Source: Patescibacteria group bacterium | Lineage (GTDB): Bacteria > Patescibacteriota > Patescibacteriia > Veblenbacterales > UBA10138 | Length of the DNA stretch: 64,000 bases | Assembly (NCBI GenBank): GCA_018817715.1 | Contig: JAHITT010000006.1 | Coordinates: 75,147 to 139,146 of the forward strand | Reading direction: 5' to 3' | Shown: positions 38,828-49,401 of the stretch, one piece after another | How positions within the stretch are numbered: position 1 is the first letter of the stretch | Layout of the letters: every line of letters starts with the position of its first letter | Notes under the pieces: generated by a model | Database searches by the model: none | The model's input: the letters and a program-made list of their open reading frames with translations, nothing else | What the model was told of the DNA's origin: nothing | Program-made: the position numbers and the translations under genes

Positions 38828-40312
38828 TTAATTATCTCTCATTGGCGGGAACAAGACAGTTTCTCGTATTGGTTTATCAACAATAAAACTAAAGAGTCTT
38901 TCTGAAAAACCAAAGCCAGCCGCCGGTGGCATACCATACTCTAAAGCTTCAATGAAATCATTATCCAACATCATTGCTTCATTATCGCCACCCTCTCTTA
39001 ATTTCATTTGCTCGGCAAACCTTTGTCTTTGTTCTTTAGGATCATTAAGTTCGCTAAAACCATTACCTAACTCAGAACCAGCCACAATTATTTGCAATCT
39101 TTCCACCCGATCAGGCATAGTCCGATGTGCTTTAGCCAAAGGTGAAACCTCCAACGGATGATTTATCAAAAATAACGGGCCCACTACTTTAGGGCGAACT
39201 AATTTTTTCCAAAATAAATCAATCAAACGCCCAGCACCCATACTATCTTCATAGCGAATTTTGTTTTTTTCTAATAATTTACGCAAATCTTCCACCTTGG
39301 TTACCCCAGCTAAATCCTCCCCTGTATACTCTTTAATAATTTCAAAATAATCTTTTTTCGGCCAATCGCCAGACCAATCTATTTCTCGGCCATCATAAGT
39401 AGTGATTAAACCACCACTAACGGCCTGAACAATAGCCTGATACATTTTTTGCGTAAAAACCAACAAATCCTCATAATCCGCATAAGCCCAATAAAATTCA
39501 CACATGGTATAATCCTGTAAATGTTCGGTATCTATGCCTTCGTTGCGAAAAACTTTACCAATTTCAAAAACCTTACCAAAACCACCGACCAATAAACGTT
39601 TTAGTGGTAATTCCAAAGAAATGCGCAAATAAAAATCTCGATCTAAAGCATCGTGATGAGTAATAAAAGGACTGGCGTCGGCTCCACCGGCAATAGTTTC
39701 CAAAGCTGGCGTATCCACCTCCATAAAGTCAGCCGCTTGCAACCAAGTCCGGGCTGTTTGCCAAAATAAAGACTTTTTTTTAAAAATTTCTCTTGTCTCC
39801 TCTGACATCATTAAATCTAAATAACGCCGCCTTAATCTTTGTTCTACATCTTTTAAGCCATGCCATTTTTCCGGCAAAATCTGTAAACCTTTAGCCAGAG
39901 GAATTAATTCACTAACTAAAACAGTCAATTCACCACGTCGGCTTTTTACTAAAACACCCACGACACCAATTATATCTCCCCGATCTAAATTCTCGGCTAA
40001 TTGCCAAAATTTTTGATTAACTATTTTTTCCACCAAAGCAATTTGCAAACTACCGGTTTCGTCCTGCAAAGTAGCAAACCACAATGAACCATGCGATCGC
40101 AAGGTCATTAAACGACCAGCTGTTGTAAAAATTTGACCCCTAACTGCTTCGCCAGTTAATAAAGGTATTTCCTGTTCAAAAGCTTGGCTACGAATATCGG
40201 CTATGGTCTGTTGTCTTTTAAAATCACTAGGATATTGCTTAAAACCCAAATCCTGCCAAGTTTTTAGCTTGGCCTGACGACTTTTTAATTCTTGATCTTG
40301 GCGTATAGACAT
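38828..40312 (-). CDS. lysS: lysyl-tRNA synthetase (class II)
   Basis: N-terminal OB anticodon-binding domain plus a class II catalytic core. Confidence 0.9.
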   Translation of the reverse strand: MSIRQDQELKSRQAKLKTWQDLGFKQYPSDFKRQQTIADIRSQAFEQEIPLLTGEAVRGQIFTTAGRLMTLRSHGSLWFATLQDETGSLQIALVEKIVNQKFWQLAENLDRGDIIGVVGVLVKSRRGELTVLVSELIPLAKGLQILPEKWHGLKDVEQRLRRRYLDLMMSEETREIFKKKSLFWQTARTWLQAADFMEVDTPALETIAGGADASPFITHHDALDRDFYLRISLELPLKRLLVGGFGKVFEIGKVFRNEGIDTEHLQDYTMCEFYWAYADYEDLLVFTQKMYQAIVQAVSGGLITTYDGREIDWSGDWPKKDYFEIIKEYTGEDLAGVTKVEDLRKLLEKNKIRYEDSMGAGRLIDLFWKKLVRPKVVGPLFLINHPLEVSPLAKAHRTMPDRVERLQIIVAGSELGNGFSELNDPKEQRQRFAEQMKLREGGDNEAMMLDNDFIEALEYGMPPAAGFGFSERLFSFIVDKPIRETVLFPPMRDN

Positions 40313-40415
40313 AAGTTAAAGATATGGCTAATTTTACCCTTTATTTAGCGGCTTGGCAAACTAAAACAAGCCATCTTAAAAAACTAAAGATGATTAAAAA
40401 AATATTCAACAATTA

Positions 40416-40886
40416 TTAACTTATTTTAGTAATTTTATAAATCACTCGACCAACTGGCAAACTAACCTCTACTTTATCTCCCACCTTGCGCCCTAAAAAA
40501 GCCTGGCCCAAAGGTGATTCATTGGAAATTAAACCCATTACTGGGTTAGCCTCATTGGAACCCACAATAGTGTATTCTTTATCACCCTGAGGAGAAGTAA
40601 AAGCCACTTTGGAACCAACCTGCACCTCATCACCGCCGGTTGAATCTGGTATAACCTCAACATTTTTTAAAATATTCTCCAACTCAATTATTTTACCCTC
40701 AATAAAGCCTTGTTCAGTCTTAGCTTCCACGTACTCGGCATTTTCCGACAAATCTCCTAATTCTTTAGCCTCTTGAATGCGCCAAGCAATTTCCTTACGC
40801 TTAATTGTTTTAAGCTCCTTTAATTCAATTTTAATTTTCTGCAAACCGTCTTTAGTGACGTAATTTTGTCCATTATTATTTGTCAT
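40416..40886 (-). CDS. greA: transcription elongation factor GreA
   Basis: N-terminal coiled coil with acidic tip and an FKBP-like C-terminal domain. Confidence 0.85.
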   Translation of the reverse strand: MTNNNGQNYVTKDGLQKIKIELKELKTIKRKEIAWRIQEAKELGDLSENAEYVEAKTEQGFIEGKIIELENILKNVEVIPDSTGGDEVQVGSKVAFTSPQGDKEYTIVGSNEANPVMGLISNESPLGQAFLGRKVGDKVEVSLPVGRVIYKITKIS

Positions 40887-41008
40887 AATATATACAATCT
40901 AAAAACCGGCTCTAAATTTATACTACTTAAAAATGGCCGGTCATTAAGAATAGCTAAAAGATACTGGTCGACACTTATTTTGTCAAGATTTAATAAATAC
41001 CAAGATGC

Positions 41009-42961
41009 TTAAATTTCTGAATCTAAAAAATCAGAGCCAGTAGGTGCATTAGAAAAATATTCGGCCATCATTTTACGCACAATTGGCACAGCTACACTAG
41101 AACCTTCTCCACCTTGCTCCACCATAGCCACCACTAATAAAGTTGGCTTATCATAAGGCGCATAACCCATAAACCAAGCATGGGTTAAGGTCTGACTACC
41201 GGTTTGAGCCGTACCGGTTTTACCAGCCGCTTTAACCGGCAAACTATTCAAATACCTAGCACTACCATCGGTAACGGTTTGCCTCATACCTTTTTGAACA
41301 ATTTGTAGAATTTCATCACTTAAACCAAAATCTTCCATTTCTGTAACAGGTGTTTGTTGTGTCCGACGGTCCGGCCAAACTATTTCTTTTAGTAAATGAG
41401 GTTTTTTAATTCGACCATTAGTAACCAAGGCTGAATAATTAACAGCTAACTGCAAAGGGGTAACCAATAAATCACCTTGACCAATAGAAATATTATAAGT
41501 ATCACCTTTATACCAACGCTCATTTAATTTATCTAACTTCCATAAAGGGGTTGGAATAAAACCCAACCTTTCACCAGGTAAATCTATGTTTCTTGGTTGC
41601 GAAAAACCAAATTTTTCCAAATAAGCGGTCAAACGACTTATACCTAAACCGCTGTCTGCTTCACCACCGCCACCCAACAAATAAAAAAAAGTATTAACAG
41701 ATTCAGCAATCGCCTTATAGACATTAACTAAACCATGCCCACCGGCTTTCCAATCAGCAAAATATTGATCTCCCAGACGAACCCCTCCACTACTAAAAAA
41801 AGTAGTTTGCTCGGTTATAACACCTTCCTTTAAACCAGCGGCTGCCCAAAAAGGTTTAATAGTGGAACCAGGCGGATACTCGCCAGCCAAAACTCTATTA
41901 AATAAAGGTTTGGTTTGATCTTTAAGCAAATCCCTAATTTTATTATTATCACGATTAATAGTAAAAATATTAGGATTATAACTAGGATAACTAACCAGGG
42001 CTAAAATTTCACCGGTTTGCGGATTTAAAGCTACCACACTGCCACCTTTTTTAGCTGGACTAGCCGCCTCTTTTAAAGACTCATAAGCAACTTTTTGTAA
42101 GCCGGCCTCTACTGTTAAAACCAATTTAGCGCCCGGCACAGAAGCTTGGGCGGCATAAATTTTTCTTTCTTTCCCAAAAGCATCCACTTCCACTTGTTTT
42201 TTCCCAGGCTGACCGCGTAAAGCCTCTTCATATTGCATTTCTAAACCAGCTTGACCTATATAATCATTTATTTGATAACCTTGATTTTTTAAATCAGTAT
42301 ATTGTTGAGCAGAAATTTTTCCTACATAACCCAATAAATGAGCAAAAGATTCACCAGACAAATAATCTCGAATATTGCTAGGCTCAACTCTTAAGCCTTG
42401 GTAATCACGGCTAACCACCATAAGTTTTAAAGCCAAATCATGAGGAATATTTTGGGCAATAATAACCGGTAAATAAGAAAAAGTAGACAAATCAACTAAT
42501 TCATCTTTATCAATGTATTCAGCTGGCACCGAAGCCAAAATCTCGTTTAAAAATTGCTGACGAACAGTTTCATCGCGTGGCATATCAGCTGGAATAGCCA
42601 CCACGCTAAAAGTAGAATTATTCCGTATTAAAGGTTGGCCCTGCCGATCGGTAATCAAGCCTCGTTGAGCGCTAATTATTTCTAACCTAATACGGTTACC
42701 CTCAGCCACGCTACGCCACCTTTGGCCTTGCCAACCTTGTAAATAAAAAAGTTTTATAAAAAATATAAACAAAACTAAAGCCACAGCCACAGCCAAAACC
42801 ATAGGCACGGCCTGACTAATAACTCGTCGCAAAGTACCAACACCGCTTTCTCCCAAAGTAGTACCCTCTAATCTGCGCCAACTAAAACCAGTCACCTTAC
42901 GGTCCTTTATGTTACCGCCATATTCTTTTATAACAAAGGGATCACGACGCCAATTAGACAT
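41009..42961 (-). CDS. mrdA: penicillin-binding protein 2 (transpeptidase)
   Basis: STIK (SxxK), SxN and KTG motifs. Lies downstream of mreBCD. Confidence 0.8.
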   Translation of the reverse strand: MSNWRRDPFVIKEYGGNIKDRKVTGFSWRRLEGTTLGESGVGTLRRVISQAVPMVLAVAVALVLFIFFIKLFYLQGWQGQRWRSVAEGNRIRLEIISAQRGLITDRQGQPLIRNNSTFSVVAIPADMPRDETVRQQFLNEILASVPAEYIDKDELVDLSTFSYLPVIIAQNIPHDLALKLMVVSRDYQGLRVEPSNIRDYLSGESFAHLLGYVGKISAQQYTDLKNQGYQINDYIGQAGLEMQYEEALRGQPGKKQVEVDAFGKERKIYAAQASVPGAKLVLTVEAGLQKVAYESLKEAASPAKKGGSVVALNPQTGEILALVSYPSYNPNIFTINRDNNKIRDLLKDQTKPLFNRVLAGEYPPGSTIKPFWAAAGLKEGVITEQTTFFSSGGVRLGDQYFADWKAGGHGLVNVYKAIAESVNTFFYLLGGGGEADSGLGISRLTAYLEKFGFSQPRNIDLPGERLGFIPTPLWKLDKLNERWYKGDTYNISIGQGDLLVTPLQLAVNYSALVTNGRIKKPHLLKEIVWPDRRTQQTPVTEMEDFGLSDEILQIVQKGMRQTVTDGSARYLNSLPVKAAGKTGTAQTGSQTLTHAWFMGYAPYDKPTLLVVAMVEQGGEGSSVAVPIVRKMMAEYFSNAPTGSDFLDSEI

Positions 42962-43460
42962 AATTAAAAGTTTTTTTAAATTTAACTTTATACCAACCTA
43001 TTATACTCAAAATTATTAAAACTCCGGCAATATAGCCCAACCAACTTAACCAAGATAACCAACTAAAAGACACTGGCAAAAAATAATCAAAACCCAAACG
43101 CCAACCTAACCACATCACACCCCAACGAATCAGCCGCCAACTAATAACCCAAGCAAACATATTAAGTGCCCGACCTAAATTAGAAGATTCGGCTAAAAAA
43201 TCTTCAATAAATTGACGATAAATTATGCCGGATAAAAAAGCGGCTATAGTATAAACCGGCCAATTAGAAAAAGTTATAACATCTATTAAAAAACTGGCTA
43301 CTAATAAAGCCGTCCAAGGTTTTAAAAAACCCATTTGCCAAACTAAATAAATTGGCCAAGCTAACAATACAGCATCAGCCAACAGCGGATTAAAAGTGGC
43401 TAAAGCTTGGCGCACTAACCATAAAACAATCCCGAATATAATATTAAACCACCAAGACAT
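42954..43460 (-). CDS. mreD: rod shape-determining protein MreD
   Basis: Multi-TM protein of about 168 aa immediately downstream of mreC. Positional inference. Confidence 0.5.
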   Translation of the reverse strand: MSWWFNIIFGIVLWLVRQALATFNPLLADAVLLAWPIYLVWQMGFLKPWTALLVASFLIDVITFSNWPVYTIAAFLSGIIYRQFIEDFLAESSNLGRALNMFAWVISWRLIRWGVMWLGWRLGFDYFLPVSFSWLSWLSWLGYIAGVLIILSIIGWYKVKFKKTFNYV

Positions 43461-43466
43461 AATAGC

Positions 43467-44279
43467 TTATGGTTTTTTTAAAACGTAAAGATATTTAAAA
43501 CGGTCTAATTTAACTGGCGGAGTTACCACAGCCGATTTAAAAAAGGATCCTTCGTTAGCCTCAATAGCCGAAACCACTCCCAACAAAAGACCGCTCGGTA
43601 ATTGCGGATCAGTATTACTAGTCACAGCTAACTCTCCTACCTCCACCGACTGATCCTGAGGTAAATAACGAATACGTAAAGCTAAATTATATTCACCCAC
43701 TGCTAAACCCTGAGTACGACTATCATTTAAGACTTGGGAAACTAAACGACTATTAGGGCTAGTAGTTAAAATAAAACCAGCTGTTTTTTCATTAACACTT
43801 TTTATAGTACCTACTAATAATCCACCGTAAGAACCTTCATTAGTTTTAAGTCCAGCGACCACAGCCAAACCAGGCTGTAAATTCTGTTGCTGACCAGCGT
43901 TTATTAAATATAATGTCCCACTATCATCGCTTTGTCGCCCAAGCACTTCAACAGCTTGAGCTTGCCAATCTAAAGGTTTAGATAAATTCAGTAAAGATTT
44001 TAATTCAACGTTATCTTTTTTTAATTGTTCTTTGTCCGCCTCTAAAAAAGATAACCCAGCTACCTGATCTATTAATTCGTTATTCTGTTTTTTTAGTTCT
44101 TGAGCTTTTAAAAATACCCCAAACCAATCAACCGTCCGGCTCCAAGTGGTAACCACTGGAACAGTAACATATTGAAATGTACCAACTATAAAACCCCAAA
44201 CATAAGGATTGGCTAAAAGAAAAATAATCAGTAAAGCCGCTCCTATTTTACCTAAGCGGCGCCCTAAACTAACTGGCAT
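43467..44279 (-). CDS. mreC: rod shape-determining protein MreC
   Basis: N-terminal TM helix, coiled coil and beta-rich C-terminus. Adjacent to mreB. Confidence 0.65.
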   Translation of the reverse strand: MPVSLGRRLGKIGAALLIIFLLANPYVWGFIVGTFQYVTVPVVTTWSRTVDWFGVFLKAQELKKQNNELIDQVAGLSFLEADKEQLKKDNVELKSLLNLSKPLDWQAQAVEVLGRQSDDSGTLYLINAGQQQNLQPGLAVVAGLKTNEGSYGGLLVGTIKSVNEKTAGFILTTSPNSRLVSQVLNDSRTQGLAVGEYNLALRIRYLPQDQSVEVGELAVTSNTDPQLPSGLLLGVVSAIEANEGSFFKSAVVTPPVKLDRFKYLYVLKKP

Positions 44280-44294
44280 AATTTTTATTGTCCA

Positions 44295-45332
44295 TTATTT
44301 AGTGGAAGGCAATAATAAATCCCTAGTATGTTCAATATCATCCAAAATAACTCCAGCCCCGCGCACCACAGCGGTTAAAGGATCGTCGATTACTTGAATC
44401 GGTATAGCCAATTCACCAGCCAACAATTTGTCCAAACCTTTAAGTAAAGAACCCCCGCCAGTCATAACGATACCTCTTTCATAAATATCAGCTACTAATT
44501 CAGGCGGGGTGTTTTCAATAGTCGATTTAACATTTTCCACCATAGCCCGAAAAATCTTTTGTAATGATTCACGAACTTGCGTATCATTAATAACCACTTC
44601 CCTGGGTAAACCAGTCATTAAATCGCGTCCCCTAATTCGCATTTCTATTGGTTCGTCTAGGGCTACAGCACTGCCTATTTTCATTTTTATTTCTTCAGCT
44701 GTCCTATCGCCCAACAATAAATTAAAATGATCACGAACAAATTGAACTATATTGTCCGTCATTTCATCACCAGCAATACGCAAAGAGCGTGACATTACCA
44801 CGCCACCCAAAGAAATAACAGCAATCTCGGTAGTGCCGCCGCCAATGTCAATAATCAACTGACCGGTAGCATCCCTGACTGGCAAACGCGCGCCCAAAGC
44901 CGCCGCCATTGGTTCTTCTATTAACAAAACTTCCCTGGCTCCGGCCGACTGTGCAGCATCTTCCACTGCTTTGCGTTCCACTTCAGTAACATCCAAAGGA
45001 ATGCCTATGACTACGCGGGGCCGGGGGGAAATGGCATAACTTTCTTTATGCACGCGATCAATAAAATACTTAAGCATTTTTTCGGTAACTTCAAAATCCG
45101 AAATTACCCCGCCAACCAATGGCCTGGTGGCCACAATATGCGGTGGAGTTTTGCCTATCATTTTTTTGGCATCATGACCAACGGCCACAATTTGATCGGT
45201 TCTGGTGTTTATAGCCACCACCGAAGGTTCGTTTACGACTATCCCTTTATCCTTAACATAAACCAAGGTATTAGCCGTACCCAAATCAATTGCTATATCG
45301 CGGGAAAATCTACCCAAGAAAGACTTAAACAT
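44295..45332 (-). CDS. mreB: rod shape-determining protein MreB
   Basis: Actin-fold motifs DLGTANTLVY and GGGTTE. Confidence 0.9.
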   Translation of the reverse strand: MFKSFLGRFSRDIAIDLGTANTLVYVKDKGIVVNEPSVVAINTRTDQIVAVGHDAKKMIGKTPPHIVATRPLVGGVISDFEVTEKMLKYFIDRVHKESYAISPRPRVVIGIPLDVTEVERKAVEDAAQSAGAREVLLIEEPMAAALGARLPVRDATGQLIIDIGGGTTEIAVISLGGVVMSRSLRIAGDEMTDNIVQFVRDHFNLLLGDRTAEEIKMKIGSAVALDEPIEMRIRGRDLMTGLPREVVINDTQVRESLQKIFRAMVENVKSTIENTPPELVADIYERGIVMTGGGSLLKGLDKLLAGELAIPIQVIDDPLTAVVRGAGVILDDIEHTRDLLLPSTK

Positions 45333-45371
45333 ACAGCCTAATTCTATCTGATGCTAAGCCTTATGTCCAGA

Positions 45372-46619
45372 CTAAGATTGAACACTAAATTTATTCAGTA
45401 CTTCCGACACTGTCAGCAAAATACTTTCCTGAGAATTTCTAGCTTTTAATTCTACTTTGGGCAAGTTTTTTTGCCCAACTATAACTCGCCAAGGCATACC
45501 CAACAAATCAGCATCTTTAAATTTAACCCCGGCTGATTCATCCCGATCATCATATAATACCTCCACTCCGGCCTTACTTAGTAAAGTATATAATTCTTGG
45601 GCTGATTGACTAACACCAGCCTCTTTACCCAAATTAAGCAAATGAATTTTAAAAGGCGCCACTGCTTCCGGCCACATAATTCCCGCCTCGTCATTAAAAA
45701 CTTCTACAATCGTACCCATTACCCGCCCGGGCCCAATACCATAAGAAGCCATAATAACCGGTTTTAACTCGCCGGCTTCATCGCTGTAATAAAGTTTAAG
45801 GCTTTCGGAAAATTTAGTGCCTAATTTAAATATATTTCCAACTTCAACGCTCTTGCCTTTAAGCAACTTGGTTTGGTGGCAATTAACACACTCTTCACCT
45901 GCCTGGCCTTTGGCTACTTCTAAATTCTGAGCATAGCTACAATTTGGACAATAAATTACGTAATCCTCACCCGCTTCAGTTAAAACCTGAAATTCATGGG
46001 AATATTTTTTAGTAAAAGCCCCACCCGAAGCTTCCACCACTAAAGCCTTAAGTCCACAACGTTCAAAAACTTTTAAATAAGTTTGTTTAACTTTTTCATA
46101 ATAAGCATCCAAATCCTCTTCCGTAGTATGAAAACTGTATAGATCCTTCATAACAAATTCCCGGGTACGCATAATGCCCGATTTAGCCCTGGGCTCATTG
46201 CGGAATTTGGTCTGCAATTGATAAACGTATTTAGGCAAATCACGATAAGAACTGATAAAACGTTTGGCAATTTGCGTTATGGGCTCTTCATGAGTCCAAG
46301 CCAGCCCCACACTGGCACCTGATTTTTCTTCAAATTTATACATTATTTCTTCCGGCGTTACCCAACGATCAGTTGTTTGCCATAATTCTTTGGGTTGCAA
46401 AGAAGTCATAACCAATTCTTGGCCACCCACGGCATTCATTTCTTCCCTAATAATCTGGCAAATCTTATTAAAAACCCTTAAACCCAAAGGCAAATAACTA
46501 TAAGCGCCAGACATTTGCTTGTCTATGTAACCGGCCTGGGTTAATAAACGGGCATTAGTTGATTGTTCTTCACTGGCCACTTGCCGAGCGGTTTTACTGA
46601 ATAATTGTGATTGCAACAT
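45372..46619 (-). CDS. proS: prolyl-tRNA synthetase
   Basis: Class II catalytic core plus a C-terminal anticodon-binding domain. Confidence 0.85.
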   Translation of the reverse strand: MLQSQLFSKTARQVASEEQSTNARLLTQAGYIDKQMSGAYSYLPLGLRVFNKICQIIREEMNAVGGQELVMTSLQPKELWQTTDRWVTPEEIMYKFEEKSGASVGLAWTHEEPITQIAKRFISSYRDLPKYVYQLQTKFRNEPRAKSGIMRTREFVMKDLYSFHTTEEDLDAYYEKVKQTYLKVFERCGLKALVVEASGGAFTKKYSHEFQVLTEAGEDYVIYCPNCSYAQNLEVAKGQAGEECVNCHQTKLLKGKSVEVGNIFKLGTKFSESLKLYYSDEAGELKPVIMASYGIGPGRVMGTIVEVFNDEAGIMWPEAVAPFKIHLLNLGKEAGVSQSAQELYTLLSKAGVEVLYDDRDESAGVKFKDADLLGMPWRVIVGQKNLPKVELKARNSQESILLTVSEVLNKFSVQS

Positions 46620-46687
46620 ATTCTAAGGCTAGCAAACTAAACCACAAAAGACAACTTTTGTTAACTATAATCAACTTTATTTAAAAA

Positions 46688-46831
46688 TTAAAATTTTCCC
46701 CTTTTGTACCAGGCCATTAACAACAACACAACAGCCGCCAAAAGCAACCAAGAAGTAACTGTCCAATCTACAAAAGCCACAAATAACATTAAAACTATGG
46801 CGCTGGCGGTAAAAATTTGATCTTTAGGCAT
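46688..46831 (-). CDS. unlisted 47-aa hydrophobic small ORF
   Basis: ATG 4 nt after the stop of the upstream gene. MPKDQIFTASAIVLMLFVAFVDWTVTSWLLLAAVVLLLMAWYKRGKF has two TM-like segments. Translated by hand. Confidence 0.3.
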   Translation of the reverse strand: MPKDQIFTASAIVLMLFVAFVDWTVTSWLLLAAVVLLLMAWYKRGKF

Positions 46832-46835
46832 AAAA

Positions 46836-47201
46836 TTAATCAAAAATAATTTTTTCCAAAGCATTTAATTTTTCTTGAAACTCAATCATTATTTCCTCAG
46901 GTATTTTATCAACAAACCCGCTATATTTTTTAGCCCTATCTTCGACCCATTGACGCATTGTTTCTAATTGCATTTTAACTGTTTCATAAACATTCGGATC
47001 CAATTCCCCTTGAGCTGCTTGCAAATGTAAAAAAATAGCGTCAAAGCTAGTAATAAAACAATCCGCTAAATTATAAGCCGGTAAACCTTCTGGAGACTTT
47101 GGCCTATTATAAAATTCCATTTGGGCGGCGGCTGGAGTTTGTTTAAAAACATTACGCAACGCTTCTAATTTATTTTTTTCTGCTAAAGGTTCTTTTTCCA
47201 T
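46836..47201 (-). CDS. hypothetical protein
   Basis: 121 aa, helical, no motif. Confidence 0.35.
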   Translation of the reverse strand: MEKEPLAEKNKLEALRNVFKQTPAAAQMEFYNRPKSPEGLPAYNLADCFITSFDAIFLHLQAAQGELDPNVYETVKMQLETMRQWVEDRAKKYSGFVDKIPEEIMIEFQEKLNALEKIIFD

Positions 47202-47570
47202 AAATTAAAGCAACTATCAAGAATAAACTCTCTGCTACTGTAGTTTAATACCTAAACCGCTTGCTTGACAAACTAGTGTAGAACAATCTTATTAAACCTT
47301 ACTCTAAGCTTAAAAATAATTTACCTAATTTACCTGTTCCACAACCCTTGACTTTCTCACCTCTAATTATATATTTAACTGTTATTTAACAATCAAGTTT
47401 TGTGCTTAATAACTTGGAGGGGAGACAAAATTAATTGTGCTGGTCTGTTTAGCTGGTACTAACTAGCTCTAACCAGAGGTCAATTAATTCGAAACAGTGA
47501 TCTTTGGATCAAAACTGTTTCCTAAGTTCTCCTCCAGATTAATAAATTCAAACCATAAATATCCAGCTTA

Positions 47571-48068
47571 CTACAAGCTGGATATTTTATTCAATAATCT
47601 TTTCCGGTATTCCATTTCTATTAACCAAATAGCTAAACAATCAAAAATTATAAAACCAGCCAACCACCAAGTTGGCCTAATTAACCAATGATACGCTTGG
47701 TATGTTAATATAATAGCCAAAAATAATTCATACCAACGGTAAGACCAAAGCCAGCCACGATAAACAGCTGCCGATAGCACTATTTTAGCTGAGCCCTGTA
47801 ATAAAAAATATACAGCCAAAAAAAACTGCACTTTAAAAGAAATATGGCTGGAAAGATTGGTTAAATAATTGGCTATAAAATCTGATGGATCTTCAGCTAA
47901 TTCCCGCCAAAATAACCAACCCACTAAACCCACAATCGATCCGGTCGGGTTAAACCAAAGTATTAAGCCGGCAAATAATTCAGCCAAACCTTCCAAAGAT
48001 TTACTAATAATCGTAATATCAAACAAACCGTGTAAAACCTTATAAAGCCTGGCTTTTTTCTTAATCAT
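47571..48068 (-). CDS. membrane protein (DUF2127-like)
   Basis: Four TM segments. Confidence 0.4.
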   Translation of the reverse strand: MIKKKARLYKVLHGLFDITIISKSLEGLAELFAGLILWFNPTGSIVGLVGWLFWRELAEDPSDFIANYLTNLSSHISFKVQFFLAVYFLLQGSAKIVLSAAVYRGWLWSYRWYELFLAIILTYQAYHWLIRPTWWLAGFIIFDCLAIWLIEMEYRKRLLNKISSL

Positions 48069-48732
48069 AAACAGCCACTAATTTACTACCAAATTTTTTA
48101 ATTTTTTTTAACAAGACAAATAACAAATCCTTTTTTCTTTTTAATAAGCCACCAGCTAATATTAATATCTCCGGATTATATTTATTTGCTAGATCAGCTA
48201 TTTTTGGATGTAACCAACTAACAAAGTTATCTAATCCGTCAGATTTTTTAATTTTATACTCGCTTTCCCACGGTTCGCGCTGTTCCAACTTTTTTATTTT
48301 CTTAACCCGACCGTTCTCGGCCACAGCTCTCCCCACACCCGTACCTAAAGTTATAAGCAAAATTTTCTTAGTTTGCCAAAGTGGTTTAGTTTTTAAAATT
48401 TGCCGCAAACGCCATCTGGCATCATTATCTACTATTAATTTAACACCAACTGGCAGTAATGTTTTAAAATTAAAATTCTTTAAAAAAGGGATGTTACTGC
48501 AACTTATAACTTTAGTACCACTTACCCGCCCGGCCACGCCAATATCCACCACACTAATCTGCTGATCGCCTGATAATCGACTAAACAATTTGCTAAAATT
48601 TTTTTTAAAATCTACTAAATTAGCTAACTGTTTAATTTTAATGGTCTTAATTATTTTTTGTCCACTAACCAAGCTAGCTCGAACATAAGTACCGCCGATA
48701 TCAAACAAAATTTTAAAAATTCGTTGGCTCAT
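48061..48732 (-). CDS. ROK/BadF-type sugar kinase-like ATPase
   Basis: LFDIGGTYVRASL N-terminal phosphate-1 motif and LGTGVGRAV glycine-rich motif. Short at 223 aa. Confidence 0.4.
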   Translation of the reverse strand: MSQRIFKILFDIGGTYVRASLVSGQKIIKTIKIKQLANLVDFKKNFSKLFSRLSGDQQISVVDIGVAGRVSGTKVISCSNIPFLKNFNFKTLLPVGVKLIVDNDARWRLRQILKTKPLWQTKKILLITLGTGVGRAVAENGRVKKIKKLEQREPWESEYKIKKSDGLDNFVSWLHPKIADLANKYNPEILILAGGLLKRKKDLLFVLLKKIKKFGSKLVAVYD

Positions 48733-48735
48733 AAA

Positions 48736-49383
48736 TCAGTCTTTTATCAAGTGTCTATTATATCCTTCTTTTACTAAAAATTCATAAGCTGCCCAAACGT
48801 CATCAGGAATCTCTTGCGGTATTTGAAAACCTTTTTCTGGATATAATTTAATCCTTTGTAAATCTCCAACTATGATATTTATTAAATCGATTTCGGGTAT
48901 CTGCTCGTTAGGGTAATCTTCAAAAGATATTCTAGGTGAAGTAACTATTAAACTCTTTCCCGGCCATAATTTTTTAAAAGTTGCGTAAGCTCTTCTCTCC
49001 ATATAAGGCTTTTGTACCACCATAAAAGAATTAGGATTGACGTTCTTTTTCCTTAAAAGCTCTTTGGTAAACAAAATATTTTCTCCAGTGTTAGTGGATT
49101 TATTCTCGATAATAATTTTTTCCTTAGGTACTCCTTTGTTAACGGCAATTTCAGCAAAGATATCCGCTTCACTTTTTGACCAAATATCCTTAGTCAAATT
49201 ACCCAATCCACCGGAAAAAATAATCAAAGGGGCATAACCTTCCAAAAACAAATCAGCACCCATCTCGCCCACTCTGACGTCATGACTGCCTAAAACAAAT
49301 ATACAATCAGCTTTTTTCAACGATTGATTAAGCCGGTGGTAGTTCCACAATATTTTAGCCGCTTTATGTACCTCATTACCCAT
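48736..49383 (-). CDS. DUF218 (YdcF/SanA-like) protein
   Basis: DUF218-like core with conserved VVQKPYMERRA region. Confidence 0.5.
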   Translation of the reverse strand: MGNEVHKAAKILWNYHRLNQSLKKADCIFVLGSHDVRVGEMGADLFLEGYAPLIIFSGGLGNLTKDIWSKSEADIFAEIAVNKGVPKEKIIIENKSTNTGENILFTKELLRKKNVNPNSFMVVQKPYMERRAYATFKKLWPGKSLIVTSPRISFEDYPNEQIPEIDLINIIVGDLQRIKLYPEKGFQIPQEIPDDVWAAYEFLVKEGYNRHLIKD

Positions 49384-49401
49384 AAAACTAATTAACGTAA
49401 A

